64,000 nucleotides of DNA, taken from Hydrolagus affinis. Taxonomy: Eukaryota. The position numbers and the translations under genes were made by a program. This document shows positions 63,931-64,000 of this stretch, piece by piece. The stretch covers positions 124,001 through 188,000 of the forward strand of contig JAAILG010000030.1 in assembly GCA_012026655.1 (NCBI GenBank), written 5' to 3'. Positions within the stretch are counted from its first letter, which is position 1, and each line of letters begins with the position of its first letter. The notes under the pieces were generated by a model, which was given only the letters and a program-made list of their open reading frames with translations, searched no databases and was not told where the DNA came from.

Positions 63931-64000
63931 AATCAAGTTGGCATCTAATCCCTGCGCAAATTCTCATTACAGAACCTCCTTTTTCATACACCGATTGTAA

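Noticed and set aside
1-64000. CRISPR array, operon or prokaryotic defence system
   Set aside because: No regularly spaced repeats with spacers; the sequence is intron-rich eukaryotic DNA and its recurring motifs are SINE/LINE tails

Overview
AT-rich vertebrate genomic DNA. The repeat content (DeuSINE/SacSINE1-like SINEs, L2, CR1, Penelope-like ends, Tigger-like MITEs) points to a cartilaginous fish; this is an inference. Positions 621-49088 hold 20 phase-compatible + strand exons (2982 nt, ~993 aa, N-terminus upstream of the window) of a long coiled-coil protein. Its C-terminal block (NQWVKEQKDANEKLGNKIKAQ...LSTEKDHLQE...LQHENKKLK) resembles, from memory, vertebrate PMFBP1. The gene has a modular exon design: five consecutive 168-nt phase-0 exons, two 231-nt exons, one 63-nt exon and a 28-residue repeat. 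It also has a probable GC-AG intron and an ambiguous last exon. Introns and the 3' flank contain two generations of Deu-domain SINEs (one nested in another), L2/CR1/RTE remnants, a Tigger-like MITE with a large internal foldback, and several repeat-free motif-dense blocks that may be conserved enhancers. There is no prokaryotic system, CRISPR array or true RNA gene, and I cannot demonstrate a wholly new biological system. Family names come from recalled consensus motifs, not from a database search.
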